DNA of 64,000 bases from Anthoceros angustus. Its lineage: Eukaryota > Plantae > Anthocerotophyta. The DNA is taken from the NCBI GenBank assembly GCA_010909165.1, contig MU008164.1, positions 744,001-808,000 on the forward strand, given 5' to 3'. The position numbers and the translations under genes are program-made. This document shows, piece after piece, positions 36,309-47,427 of the stretch. Position 1 is the first letter of the stretch, and each line of letters starts with the position of its first letter. The notes beneath the pieces are model-generated. The model saw nothing but the letters and a program-made list of their open reading frames with translations. It was not told the DNA's origin and made no database searches.

Positions 36309-38453
36309 TCAATGCCAATCTCCACATGAACAAGACCCGTTATGGAATCGATGTACTCCATGCGCATCCCTGATTATAATGTCTCGTTTTTCCAGGCGTG
36401 ACAGGATTTTTGTTCCGGTATGGCAGTCACTGCACATGCGCAGATTTTTGGTAATCAACAAAGTTGTGCCATCCGGTGTGTTCAGCAGCCCATACGCCAG
36501 TGCCAGTTTCTCTGCATGCCCACATAAGGAATTTTCCGTCTCCTGCTCAGAAACTGACCTCAGGACTAAGTTCGTGTCTGGCACATGGCCTCCTTCCTCC
36601 TCCAACCTTGTGTCCACGCTCTGCAGCTTAGACAAGATGTCACACTCTTCCCCTACTGTGAACTCATGTACCTCGTTCTTCACTTCAATGCATGCCTTTG
36701 CGGGCTTCGTTATAGCACCTGCTGCCCTTCTCAAGCTTTCTATCCTATCGACATCATCCCACCTGCACGCTTTCGCATAAATGTTACCCAGCAGCACGTA
36801 CGGACTTGCACTTTCAGGCTCCAGTTCTACAAGGTGCTGGAAGCATCTCATCCCACGTTCTACATCACCGTAACTTCTGCAAGCGCTCAGCAAAGCTTTC
36901 CAGCCAACAGCATCGTTCATAAGCAGCGGAGTTTGCAACATCCTTTCAGCATCATCTAATCGACCAGACCGGCCAAGAAGGTCAACCATGCAACTGTAGT
37001 GGTATTCAGTAGGCACAATCCAATGCTGCTCCACCATCATCCTAAAATACCGCTGGCCATCATGCACCAGGCCTGCACGACTGCATGCCACAAAGAGGCA
37101 CAGAAAAGTGGTCTCATTTGGTTGGATACCTTGCTCCAGCATCTTTTCAAAGCACCGGATTGCCATATCGACATGCCCATACTCAGAGTACCCATTCAGC
37201 ATGGCATTCCATGTCACTACGTCCTTTCTGGGCAATCTGTCAAACACTGAGCAAGCATGTCCCAAACTCCCACATTTTGCATACATGTCCACCAAGCAAC
37301 TGCCAATGAACACATCAGCCTCAAGGCCTCCTCTACGAATCTGTGAGTGAAGCTGCTCCCCTTGCTGCAATGCTCCCACACTGGCACACGATCGAAGAAG
37401 GCACACGAAGGTGAAAGTGTCGGCTGGGGTTAACCCCTCTTGTTGCATACTGGAATACAGAGCCAGGGCTTCTCGCCCGAGCCCCTGCTGGGAATACCCT
37501 GCGATCATGGCATTCCATGTCACCACATCCTTCCTAGGCATGCTCTCAAACACTTCCCGGGCTTCCTCCAAGCTCCCACACTTAGCGTACATGTTCACTA
37601 GGCTGTTCCCAACAAAGATATGAGCCTTCACGTCACTGGCGTTGATATCAGCATGGATCTCCCTCCCCGCCACCAGGTCTTCTGCCGAGGCACAAGCCTT
37701 GAGGACCGCCACAAAGATATGGTCATTCGGCTTCCCACTTTCTTCTCGCCATTTTCGGTACAGGTTGATGGCATCTGCTGGCTCCCCATGACGGGCATGG
37801 GCTAACATGATGGAGGACCAGAGGTGGGCATCTGGGGTTCTCACTTTGGAGAAGACCTGCATAACATCCTCCAGTTCCCCATGAGAAGCATACATCCCGA
37901 CGATCTGGGTGGCCAGAAATGCATTCGACTCGTACCCACATCCGACAACCAGAGAGTGAACACGCCTACCACAACCAAGATCCTCCTCCGCCATGCACCT
38001 CTTCAGAACATTGTAGAAAACATCAGTGGGAACACGACGTCCCCTTTGCACCAAGAGATCCAACGCTCTCACAGCCTCACTCAGCTCCACCTCGCCGCAG
38101 AGGTTCCTCAGAGTATGCAGCATGGAAGCCTCCTCGTCGTCCTGCCCCGCACCTGACGCATCCCATGTAGCCAGCTCTGAATCCACCCACGCCGGCTTAT
38201 GAGGGCTGTTGAGCCACAGCGGCTGCCTGGAGGTCTTGTGCCTGAAGTCGGGATGGGTGGGGCTCCTTTTATCACCCCTGTTGTCCCACCAATCCGAGGG
38301 ATCTGAGAAGAACTGGCGCCATAGAAGGTCATGCCGCTCTTTTGAGCTCTGCTCTGGGACACCTAGCTTCCCTGATGTGCTGCTGCGGAACATCAAACAG
38401 GAAGACCTTGGCTTGGGTGAAGGTGAGAAGAACCTGGCCAGCTCCATCGCCAT
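36309..38453 (-). CDS. Intronless PLS-class PPR protein with E1-E2-DYW:KP domain (candidate U-to-C organellar RNA editing factor) and N-terminal OSB-type PDF motif, 714 aa
   Basis: First ATG at 38453 (MAMELARFFSPSPKPRSS, transit-peptide-like). PDF motif at ~38172-38327, then ~12 P-L-S motifs. KPAKACIE, CGHAEKLALAYGL, KNLRMCSDCH and HRFHNGSCSCGDWH* are all in one open frame. Confidence 0.95.
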   Translation of the reverse strand: MAMELARFFSPSPKPRSSCLMFRSSTSGKLGVPEQSSKERHDLLWRQFFSDPSDWWDNRGDKRSPTHPDFRHKTSRQPLWLNSPHKPAWVDSELATWDASGAGQDDEEASMLHTLRNLCGEVELSEAVRALDLLVQRGRRVPTDVFYNVLKRCMAEEDLGCGRRVHSLVVGCGYESNAFLATQIVGMYASHGELEDVMQVFSKVRTPDAHLWSSIMLAHARHGEPADAINLYRKWREESGKPNDHIFVAVLKACASAEDLVAGREIHADINASDVKAHIFVGNSLVNMYAKCGSLEEAREVFESMPRKDVVTWNAMIAGYSQQGLGREALALYSSMQQEGLTPADTFTFVCLLRSCASVGALQQGEQLHSQIRRGGLEADVFIGSCLVDMYAKCGSLGHACSVFDRLPRKDVVTWNAMLNGYSEYGHVDMAIRCFEKMLEQGIQPNETTFLCLFVACSRAGLVHDGQRYFRMMVEQHWIVPTEYHYSCMVDLLGRSGRLDDAERMLQTPLLMNDAVGWKALLSACRSYGDVERGMRCFQHLVELEPESASPYVLLGNIYAKACRWDDVDRIESLRRAAGAITKPAKACIEVKNEVHEFTVGEECDILSKLQSVDTRLEEEGGHVPDTNLVLRSVSEQETENSLCGHAEKLALAYGLLNTPDGTTLLITKNLRMCSDCHTGTKILSRLEKRDIIIRDAHGVHRFHNGSCSCGDWH

Positions 38454-38689
38454 CTGATCCTCCCCTTTCCTGCTCAATGTGCTTCCGAAATTTTGGTCTT
38501 CTTGGGGGCAGAGGCAGGATTAGGAGTAGGTTTGTTTCCACAAACAAGACTCCCTTGGCGTCACCGACTGAAGCGTCCCTGCTTCAGCCCTTGCACGAGA
38601 CTACTTGGTGGGTGTTGCATCCCAGCCTGGTGAAGACACAGAGTTATGCCCTTGCCCAGTTGCATGTCTGCATATAGAACAAGGGCTTG

Positions 38690-38830
38690 AGGACTGCTGC
38701 GGGTATCCTGCGATTATGGCATTCCAGGTGATCACATCTCTTAGAGGCATGTTGCCAAGCACTTAGCCGGCATCTTCCAAGCTCCCGCATTCAAATTGAG
38801 TGTAGATGTTCACCAACGAATTACATACCC
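38690..38830 (-). pseudogene. Short PPR remnant (S and P motif) upstream of the intact gene
   Basis: Translates as CNSLVNIY...CGSLEDAG*VLGNMPLRDVITWNAIIAGY. Confidence 0.7.
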
Positions 38831-41800
38831 AAGGATTGCATACACAGTTTGTTTCACCGAGTGTGTCTTGAGGCTCGCAAACGTCACGCCATCCATGCCC
38901 TCGTCGTTTGATCTAATTGCACAACATCGAACCTTTCACGTCGTCCAAAGTGGAGCCAGCATGGAGTAATAACTAGCTCTGTGGAGTTACAAGCATGCAC
39001 GGACGTGAACTTTGCAGCCATCCATGACATCCATGCAAGTTTAACCCCTAAACGACGACTCTACTCAAAGTGAGTGGTTGTCGTGTGTTTTTTGACATAT
39101 GTGTGGAGACTTTATAAATAGAACGAGATGGGAAATTTCATCTACCCTGAGGCGAAAGGGGGCAACCCACGATGGGGCACAAAACCAGGGGGACGTGGCC
39201 CCGCACTAATCTACACTATAACCCCCAATCACCCCCAAGATATTGTCATCCGAGATAGGGAAGGGCCTACTTATCACTGTTGCCGCCGATGCCGCATCTC
39301 CAGCACTCGTGCTCGTCCTAAAGATGGTGTTGGCCCACGCTCTTTGCAGGGCGATGGAAACCCGTTGCCTGAAATATGCAACGACACTGGAAAGGGGGAC
39401 ACCAACCCCGCCCCTGTCGTTGTGGTAGGCCCTTGCGCACTCCTTGATGAAATGAGAAAAAACCTTACCCAAGGCCCCATGGGTTTCAATGGCAATGTGA
39501 CCTTGCTACATGGGCCTGTACTTGTAAATTTTTTTAGTTGCGCTCCCTTCCGTCGCCCAACCTAGAGGGCTGATGATGACATGGTCGCTAACTGAATCTT
39601 TGGTTGGGTCAGTGACAACCACATCCGCAACCGAGACTTCGTCCCCCCGCGTCAAGAAAAGGTCAGCTCTGATAGAGACGCCTTTGAGCAGAGTGTACTG
39701 CCACTCCTTGAAAGGGAAGAAACCGCTCTCCTTGGCCGTCGAGAACATGACGTCTCGGACGGCATCGTTTGTAGCAATATGTTGTTCACCCATTGGACAA
39801 CGCGCTAAGTGGGCCCCAGGGTCGTCAATGGGGGCCCCAGAGTAGCAGGCCGGAAGAGAACAAGCTAGTGGTTGGACTAGACCCAAGCGAAACCTCATCA
39901 GCGGAAAAGAAGTGCGATTGAACACTGGATGCAAGGCGGGCGGGCGGGAACTTGCACCTTCCACGAGCAAGAGCGAAGGCGAGCTCTAGCGGGACGAGGG
40001 ATAGATGAATCTAGAAGAAGAGCCTGCAGCACCTGCCCATAATGCTTCTCACGGAGAAGCACGCATCCCAAGCCGTCTGCGAAATGAGGAAAAGAAGGCA
40101 TGGCCTCCACGGCGGAGGGGTGAGAGCCTAGCCGACCTTAGGGACACTTGGAGGCACCCTCCTCAACTCCTATGACGAAATTCTCCAAAATGCTGCTATC
40201 TCGGAGAAGGAAGCGAGAGGCCAAAATTGAGATCGAGAGGCCCGGCTTAGAAAAGCGGCGCGAGGCCTTCATGGCCAAAGACTGCGCCCCAAAAGCGGCG
40301 GAGGACGCTTGTCGCCACGCCAGGTCCCCGTCCGCACGTTCGAAGGAACCTGGGCTGATAATATCTCGAGCGCATAACACTGCTTGTCGAAATCTCCAAA
40401 TTGAAAAGAAAAGCGGAGAGGGGACGACGAATGAGCTACCTAGGGCGTGAGCGAGAAGAGAGGATGCCTACATGGGTCTCCCAACCTAGAGAGGTTGTTG
40501 ATATGCGCAAGATCCTCTTTCAAAGCAGCATCCACAAATTCCCGTATAAAGCCCGAGGGCCCGACCGGAACTCCAAGAACCTGTAGCCCGTGTGGAGAAA
40601 CAATATCCCCCCCCCTAGATAATGAAGAGGGGGCGTAATACCGGATGGGGACCAAACCTTGCACTTCAAGATTTTGACCTTCAGGCCAAGGCAGGAGAGC
40701 TCCAAGGAGAAGAGGTCGAAGGCATCTTTGACTTTGTCCACCGTCCCAAGGATGTGGGTGTTGTCGGCCACTGACGGAAAGAGGCACTCCCACACCGAGG
40801 ACAGGGCCCTGAAATGCGCCATAGCAAAGAGAGCTCCCCCTAAGGAATCCCCCTACCTTGTTCCCGTTGCGAAGTCAAGCACGGAGACCCTCTCCACCGA
40901 GGGGCTGGCTGATAATATAGGTTAGACGGGGAACCATAGAAAGAGCGAACAAAAGGAATAAGAGTTGCCCGCCCTCGTCTTTAAGCTCTTGGAAGATGGC
41001 CGCCCTGGATACAGTGTTGAAAGCGTTCTCAACATCGACCTGAAGGGCAACCCAATCCGGATGTAGCTGGAGAACCGCCTCGACTCCAGAACTCACTATC
41101 TCGCAGCCCCTTGGGGTGGCGATGCCAAATTGATGAGGACTAAGATGAGCCCGAAATTGCTCCCTGAGCTAAAGGGCAATGCAGTTGATAAGACATAGGA
41201 ACGCCTCTCCCCCGGTGTAGGCTTCTCCATAGCCAAAAGCCTGTTGGCCCCCAACACCCGTGAAATCCGATGGGGGGTCTCCCCCCAAGAAGTTCACCAA
41301 CTTACTAACGGAGTCGGAGGAGCCCATCTCACAAAAATCTGCCTTAAGCCGAGAAATCGAAATTCAGTGTAAGGCTGGTGTGAGTTCTAGGGCATAGCCT
41401 CAAGGATGCCACATTCTTAACGTCGTTGTAATTGCCATCTGCAATTTGGTGGTACCAGCCGGCCAACCAGTAAAGGGTATCTATGGTTTCAATCCATAGG
41501 CGAAGGAACAAATCTTGTTTTGTCCAGGCTTTACCAAGGTAATGATATGCCCAACTCCTGGCCATGGAATCGATAACTCTACTCCGATACCATATTAAAT
41601 GGTGACAGGCATGTGCATGCTTAGATCTCACACACGGAAGGAAAAGGATTTCAAATTAATTAGTCATTGTACGTTCTGTGTGTGCACACATGGGCAGTCT
41701 GTGGGCAGTCCTGTGATGGAGAGACGTGACCCTTCATAAGAGGTACATTCTCTCCTAACTGTCCTGCTCACTAACTGCTGGCCTAACTAGAGCAGTCTGA

Positions 41801-43779
41801 ATTCCAATAACTACTACTCTTCAGAAGATCCTTCTAGTAGTTTTTCGGAGCTCTTTATCCTGGCGGCGGCAAGCAGGGGAGCACCTTCTACCACAAACCC
41901 TAACGAGAAGTGAAAGTTCGGAACTTGTTTCTACTGCAAGTTGCCCGACCACCACCAACGCGATTGCCGCAAGCGGCTTTCAAAGATGCGAGATCATGCT
42001 TCCAGCAGTGCCACTCATGGTGCCTGCCTCTTTGTAGTGTGCCTAGGCCTAAATGTCACTGTGGACTCCTACACATGGTTCGTTGAATCGGGAGCGACCC
42101 AGCACATGACTGGGCACAGAGAGTGGTTTGCTTCATTCCAACCTAGCACTGTTGAGAGTTACGTATATCTTGGAGATAGACTCGAGGCAGGCATCGGGGC
42201 ACAGGTACTGTCGCTATTTCCTTACCTGACGCACAGGTAAGAGAGCTTCACAACGTGTTGTTTGTTCCTCATTTGAGTAAGAACCTCGTTTCTGTGGGAC
42301 ATGCACTTGAGGCTGGTTTCACCTTTGGCTTTGCCCCTAACAAGTGCACTCTCTTCGATCAGTCCCGCCAACTTGTGGCTACATGCCACAGGTTCGGCAG
42401 ATTGTTCGTCTTAGGCACAAGTCCGATCTATCATGAGAGTGAGGTCCTTCAACAACCTGAGGTGGGTAGTTTGACTCATCCTAATACATCATTTACCTCC
42501 TTGGTGTCCTCATCATCTAGTAATTTGTGGCGTTTCAGGCTAGGCCACGCAGGTGCACAAAGGATAAAAGCCTCACTACATCAAGATTATGTGGTAGGTT
42601 TCCCTTTAAAGTCCGTTGCTGACCTAACATTTTGTCCAAGTTGTGCATTGGGTAAACAGCAATGTAAGAAATTCCCTGTAGGTTCCCACAGCAGTCCTAA
42701 ACCTCTTGGCTCTTGGTCTAATTCATACAGACCTCTTAGGGCCTATGAAGACCCCCTCCCTATAAGGTTCTCATTATCAAGTCACCTTCATAGATGACCA
42801 CACCCGTTTTGAATGGGTGTACTTTCTGTCGGCCAAGTCAGGTACATTTCCTCTTTTCTGCTCTTGGCAATAAGAAGTAGAAACTCAAGCCAGTAGGAAG
42901 GTCAAGATCCTTAGGAGTGATGGTGGTGGGGAGTTTGACCGTGGATCAAGATGAACCTAATTTTTCCTTCCCTGCCGAAGACGTTACTCACTCCTGGGAA
43001 TTGTCTTTACCAGTAGAAGAGCCTCCTGGGCTCTGACGTTCCACCAGGCAAAGACAACTTAGCTGGAAGGTTCGTGAGAATCTTGAACAAGCTTCCTTCA
43101 CTTCCACTTTTAATTCTCCTCACGAGGAAAAGATTATATTAAGTCCTCACTTGAGCTCGTCCCCATCGAATCCCGTGGCTCTTACTTATGCCAAAGCACT
43201 CATGGCTTCCTCGGATATCCAAAAGCCATCCAGTTATAAGGAGGTCATTTCCGGGCCGCAAGCTTCAGAATGGAAGAAGGCAATCAATGATGAGTTTCAA
43301 TCACTCAAAGATAATAAGACGTGGCATCTCTGTGAATTGCCTGAAGGACGCTCTGCCGTGGGGAGTAAGTGGACTTTTAAAATTAAATACACTGCTGATG
43401 GTGCAATCGAGCGCTACAAGCCTCGTCTTGTTGCACAAGGGTACACTCAATGGGCCGGTGCTGATTACGACGCGGACCACCTCTTCTCCCCGGTTATTCA
43501 GATAAGTTCCCTTCGCACTATTTTGGCCCTCACTACCATACATGATTGGGAGGTTGTTCAATTAGCTATCAAAATGGCATTTTTGTACGGCCATCTCAAA
43601 GAAGATATATACATGCGTCAACTTGAGGGGTATGAAGAGAAGGGCAGGGAGCATCTTGTACGCTTACTCTTAGGAAGTATTTATGGTCTTAAGCAGTCCG
43701 CAGCAAATTGGAATGAGTTGATGAATGAGGTCCTTCTTGAGTTTGGGTTTGTTAAATGCCCATCCGATGATAACATCTA

Positions 43780-44321
43780 CAGTCGGCCCCCCCTAATTGG
43801 GAATTCTATAAATGGGATTCCTCTCTAAATGGGACCTCCCATCCTACTCCCTTCAGTTTATAATGTAACAAATGGGACTTTTCCCTAAATGATAATTGGG
43901 ACCTTTTGAAGCATACATTCATGTTAGTTTCACCTCCCTAAATGGGATTTCTCTTTTTTTTTTACTAAAAAAATCTAAAAAAAAAGAAAAAAGAATCCAT
44001 TATTTCAGAGCTTTATAGACTTTTAGGTGTGATTGAAGACTCTTAAGCTAAGCTTTTTCCTTTATGATAGGTAGAGGTTTTTTGATGCTGCTTAGAGAGA
44101 GTGCTAGCTTTCAAAAAACTATATAAAGAACTGGTAAAAGTTATTTTTAGTGAAACCTATCAATCAAAATTTAAATTTTCTTTTTTTTGGGTATTTTTGA
44201 TTTGTTTTAAATTTTATAACATTTTTATTATTTTTAAATAGGGAAAATACAATCGGGACACCTCCCTTAATGGGACCTCTAAAGGCACTCCGAACCAGTC
44301 CCAATTAGGGGGGGTGGACTG
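43780..44321. mobile_element. Non-autonomous Tc1/mariner-superfamily (pogo-like CAGT ends) MITE, 542 bp, in copia C RT
   Basis: TIRs CAGTCGGCCCCCCCTAATTGGGA / TCCCAATTAGGGGGGGTGGACTG with TA on both sides. Excision restores RT DNIY|VLRSGTTLVILALYVDD. Confidence 0.9.
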
Positions 44322-45032
44322 TATGTTCTTAGGTCTGGGACTACGCTTGTCATCCTCGCCTTATATGTCGATGACTGCGTCCTAGCTAGCAATGATAAGT
44401 TGGGCTTGCTAGCAAAGACTATTACCATGCTCAAGTCTAAGTTTCGCGTGGCGGATTTAGGAGATATACATTATTGTAATGGCATGAAGGTGGCTACATC
44501 TAAGTCAAACTCAAAATATTAAAAATACATTAGCCAAGTTCAATATGCTTGAGTGCAAGCCAGCTTCCACTCCTATTGCCATGGGAGCGCTTTTGAGTGC
44601 AGAACATGCACCCAAGAATAATGATGAAGAGCGGAAGTATATGGAGTCAATCCCTTATCAAGAGGCGGTTGGTCGGATCAATTGGATACGCACCACGTTG
44701 AGGCCTGACCTTAGCCATGCCATTCGTATTTTGGCCCAGCAAATGGCCAACCCAGGACTGGCTCATTGGTCGGCACTGAAATGTACTTTACGTTATCTTA
44801 AGGGTACTATGACCCATGGGCTCCTGTATGGTGGGCATGTGGACAAAGGCCAACACACCCCTCAGTTGTCCGCTTATACGGATGCTTAAGTATCACAGGC
44901 TTCACTTGTGTCATGCTGAGCTCCTCAAGTAGGCGGACTCGATCAACCACACGCTTAGTTGCTTGAGTAGCTGCCATGTATTCGGATTCCATAGAGGAAG
45001 TGCTTTCAATCATCATTGTCGATTGCATGGTA

Positions 45033-47427
45033 AACACGATAATTTTTGAAGGGGGGGATATACTGACCCCCTTCGGTCATCACAGCACCCCCTTGTCACG
45101 AAGAACACCTTACCTAGAACAGCATATGTGCCCTACTTTGATAATGCACACACCCTTTCTGAGGTCATACCAGTGATAAAAGACGCACTTTCAAGTGAAC
45201 ACCCTAGAACTGGAGCACAGTAGGGTGTGGGCCCGTCTGCGCTTTTGTAGAATGTTTAGAGGGCTGCCATTTTTATATGTTTATTACAACCGAAAACTTT
45301 TACTTTGAAGTGGTGGAACACAATGAAAACAATCCTGTACTAGAGGGAGTCTCATTTTAATCGTCGTAAGAACATTGCAACAAACATCTGCTAAAGGAGG
45401 GAGTGGTCATCGGCATCGACAATAGTCATTGAAGAGTGCGGCCTGGCGACTCATCCATGCCTTGCATCGACAGTCGAGAACCACCGCCATATTCGGATGC
45501 GGTCCATATCGTCCGCCTCAAAGTTATCGTTCTCCTCCATTGCTTGCTCGTCTTCAATAGTATCATTCCTGGGCCCACCATCGGCGGTGTGGGCGCCACG
45601 AGCATCTAGGGTTTGCGACCCTCATCCAAAAGGTCGCCGATCGTAGTCTTCAACCTTCGGCACTCAATGCAACCACTTGGGCTTTAAGGCAATGCCAGCG
45701 CCCTTAAAATGAACAAAGTTAGTTGCCCATGCGCCCATGCAAGCATCCTTAATATCAACAAAGTTGAGTTATTAAAAAGATACAGGTTTTGAACCCAGAA
45801 CCCATACATTACTGAACCTTTTGCCCAAACACTAGACCAACAATCCCAAGTTGCCAATTTATTGAGCCACTACATATAAATTTTGTTAAAGACAGCCTAT
45901 GAGGAGGGCAGGGTGTGCTAGGGGAGGGCGCCGGCCAGCCGGCGCCCATGGGCAAGGCATGGCGTGTTGGTGGGCGGCCGGCCGGCGGGCGTGTTGGGGG
46001 CGGCGGCGGCCCATGGGCGGTGTGCTAGGGGGCGCGGCGAGCAGGCGCACATGGGGAGTGTGCTAGGGAGGCCGGCCGGCGCCCATGGCGTGTGCTAGGG
46101 AGGCGCGGCCGGCGCCATGGGCGGCGGGCGTGTTGGGCGCCGGCCGGCGCCATGGCGTGTGCTGGGGAGGCGGCCGGCGCCATGACCAGGCATCTTGGGG
46201 AGGGCACCGGCCGGTGCGCCTCCCTAGCTCCACCACTGCCGGTGGTGCTAAGGGAGGCCGGCCGGCGGCCGGCGGCGCCGGCCGGCCGGCGCCCATGGGC
46301 GGGCGTGTTGGGGGCGCCGGCCGGCGCGCCCATGGGCGGTGTGGGCGCCACCCGTGGGGTGGGCAAGCGGGTGGTGCGCGCCTGGCGGCGGCCGGCCGGC
46401 GCCCTCCACGCACCACCCGTCGGTGGGCCTCGTATGGGTGGTGCGTGGAGGCGCCGGCCGGCGGCGCCATCGCGCTCCACCATCGGGCATACGGTGGTGC
46501 TAAGGGAGGCGGCCGGCCGGCGCCATCCTCCGCGCACCACTGTAAACCCCGGCGGGTGGTGCGGATGGGAGGCGGCGGCCGGCGCCTCCCTCCGCGCACC
46601 ACCCGTCGGTGGGCCTCGTATGGGTGGTGCGGCGTGGAGGCGCGGCCGGCCCTCCACCACCGACCTTATGCCCGGCGGGTGGAGTGGGAGCAGGCGCCGG
46701 CGGCCGGCACCTCCCTCCGCGTGCCATTGTGGCCCTCCCTTCCACGCACCCACATGCGTGGCACTTCCATCGAAAATTCAGTAGGCTAACCTTAGAAGCA
46801 ACCTTGGAATGAAGGCTAACCTTAGAAGCAAATGCCGTCTGAAATCGAGCCAGCATTTGGTCGGTCGAGTGTAGAGGTACTCCTCCGGAAACATCTGTCA
46901 CGGTGGACAAAAGCGATAAGGGATAAGCTCTGAGTTGCGTGGCTTAATACAACTGCGAGTCAAAGTGCTGAAGATAATGATGACAATGGAGGAGAAGTGG
47001 ACCAAGTGATGACGAAGGATTGAACTCGGGATGAGTGGCGAAATCTCGTTTTCCGGGGTCCCGAGTTAATGTTGTAAATCAGTTCTTGATATTCTTGTGT
47101 TAGGGAAATACCACTGTGGCTTTTGTGGTGTCATAACAAAACCACATTTTCCTCCCAAAGCGAGTTCTGCCGTCCCTTCCGGCGAGAACGGCCTTCCTCA
47201 CCGTTCCTACTTTGCATTATTCCGTAGGTTCGAGTTTGTGACCACCATTCGACACAAACATTCTTTGGATGGAAAGTAGTAACTTTCTTGGGTGACACCC
47301 TTTTTTCGAGTTGTTTTTCGCAATGCCTTCAAAACGCTGTTTTAGGGCCCATCAAAAACCCCCTTCATAGATTATTTGCGGAAAACCCCCTTCGAGATTA
47401 TTCACCCCCTTCAAAAATTATCATGTT
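45033..47427. mobile_element. Unclassified TIR DNA transposon (2395 bp, 4-bp TSD GGTA) in copia C integrase
   Basis: TIR AACA(C/T)GATAATTTTTGAAGGGGG at both ends with subterminal ACCCCCTTC repeats. Excision restores integrase SAFNHHCRLHG|IIRQTTIPHTPEQN. Confidence 0.85.
45900..46760. repeat. GC-rich minisatellite with palindromic units and hairpin array
   Basis: Recurrent GCCGGCCGGCGCCCATGG and GTGTGCTAGGGAGG. The right half consists of CACCAC-loop-GTGGTG stems at ~60-nt spacing. Confidence 0.85.

Noticed and set aside
38454-38477. ORF-track start of the 722-aa PPR ORF
   Set aside because: It is a TTG; in a plant nuclear gene the first ATG at 38453 is the plausible start.
46210-46710. CRISPR-like repeat-spacer reading of the hairpin array
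   Set aside because: Eukaryotic TE context, degenerate repeats, short loops with one repeated, and no cas genes.
46025-46910. Long ORFs (136-242 aa) in several frames on both strands
   Set aside because: Ala/Gly/Pro/Arg-rich products of a GC-rich repeat that lacks stop codons; no domain motifs.
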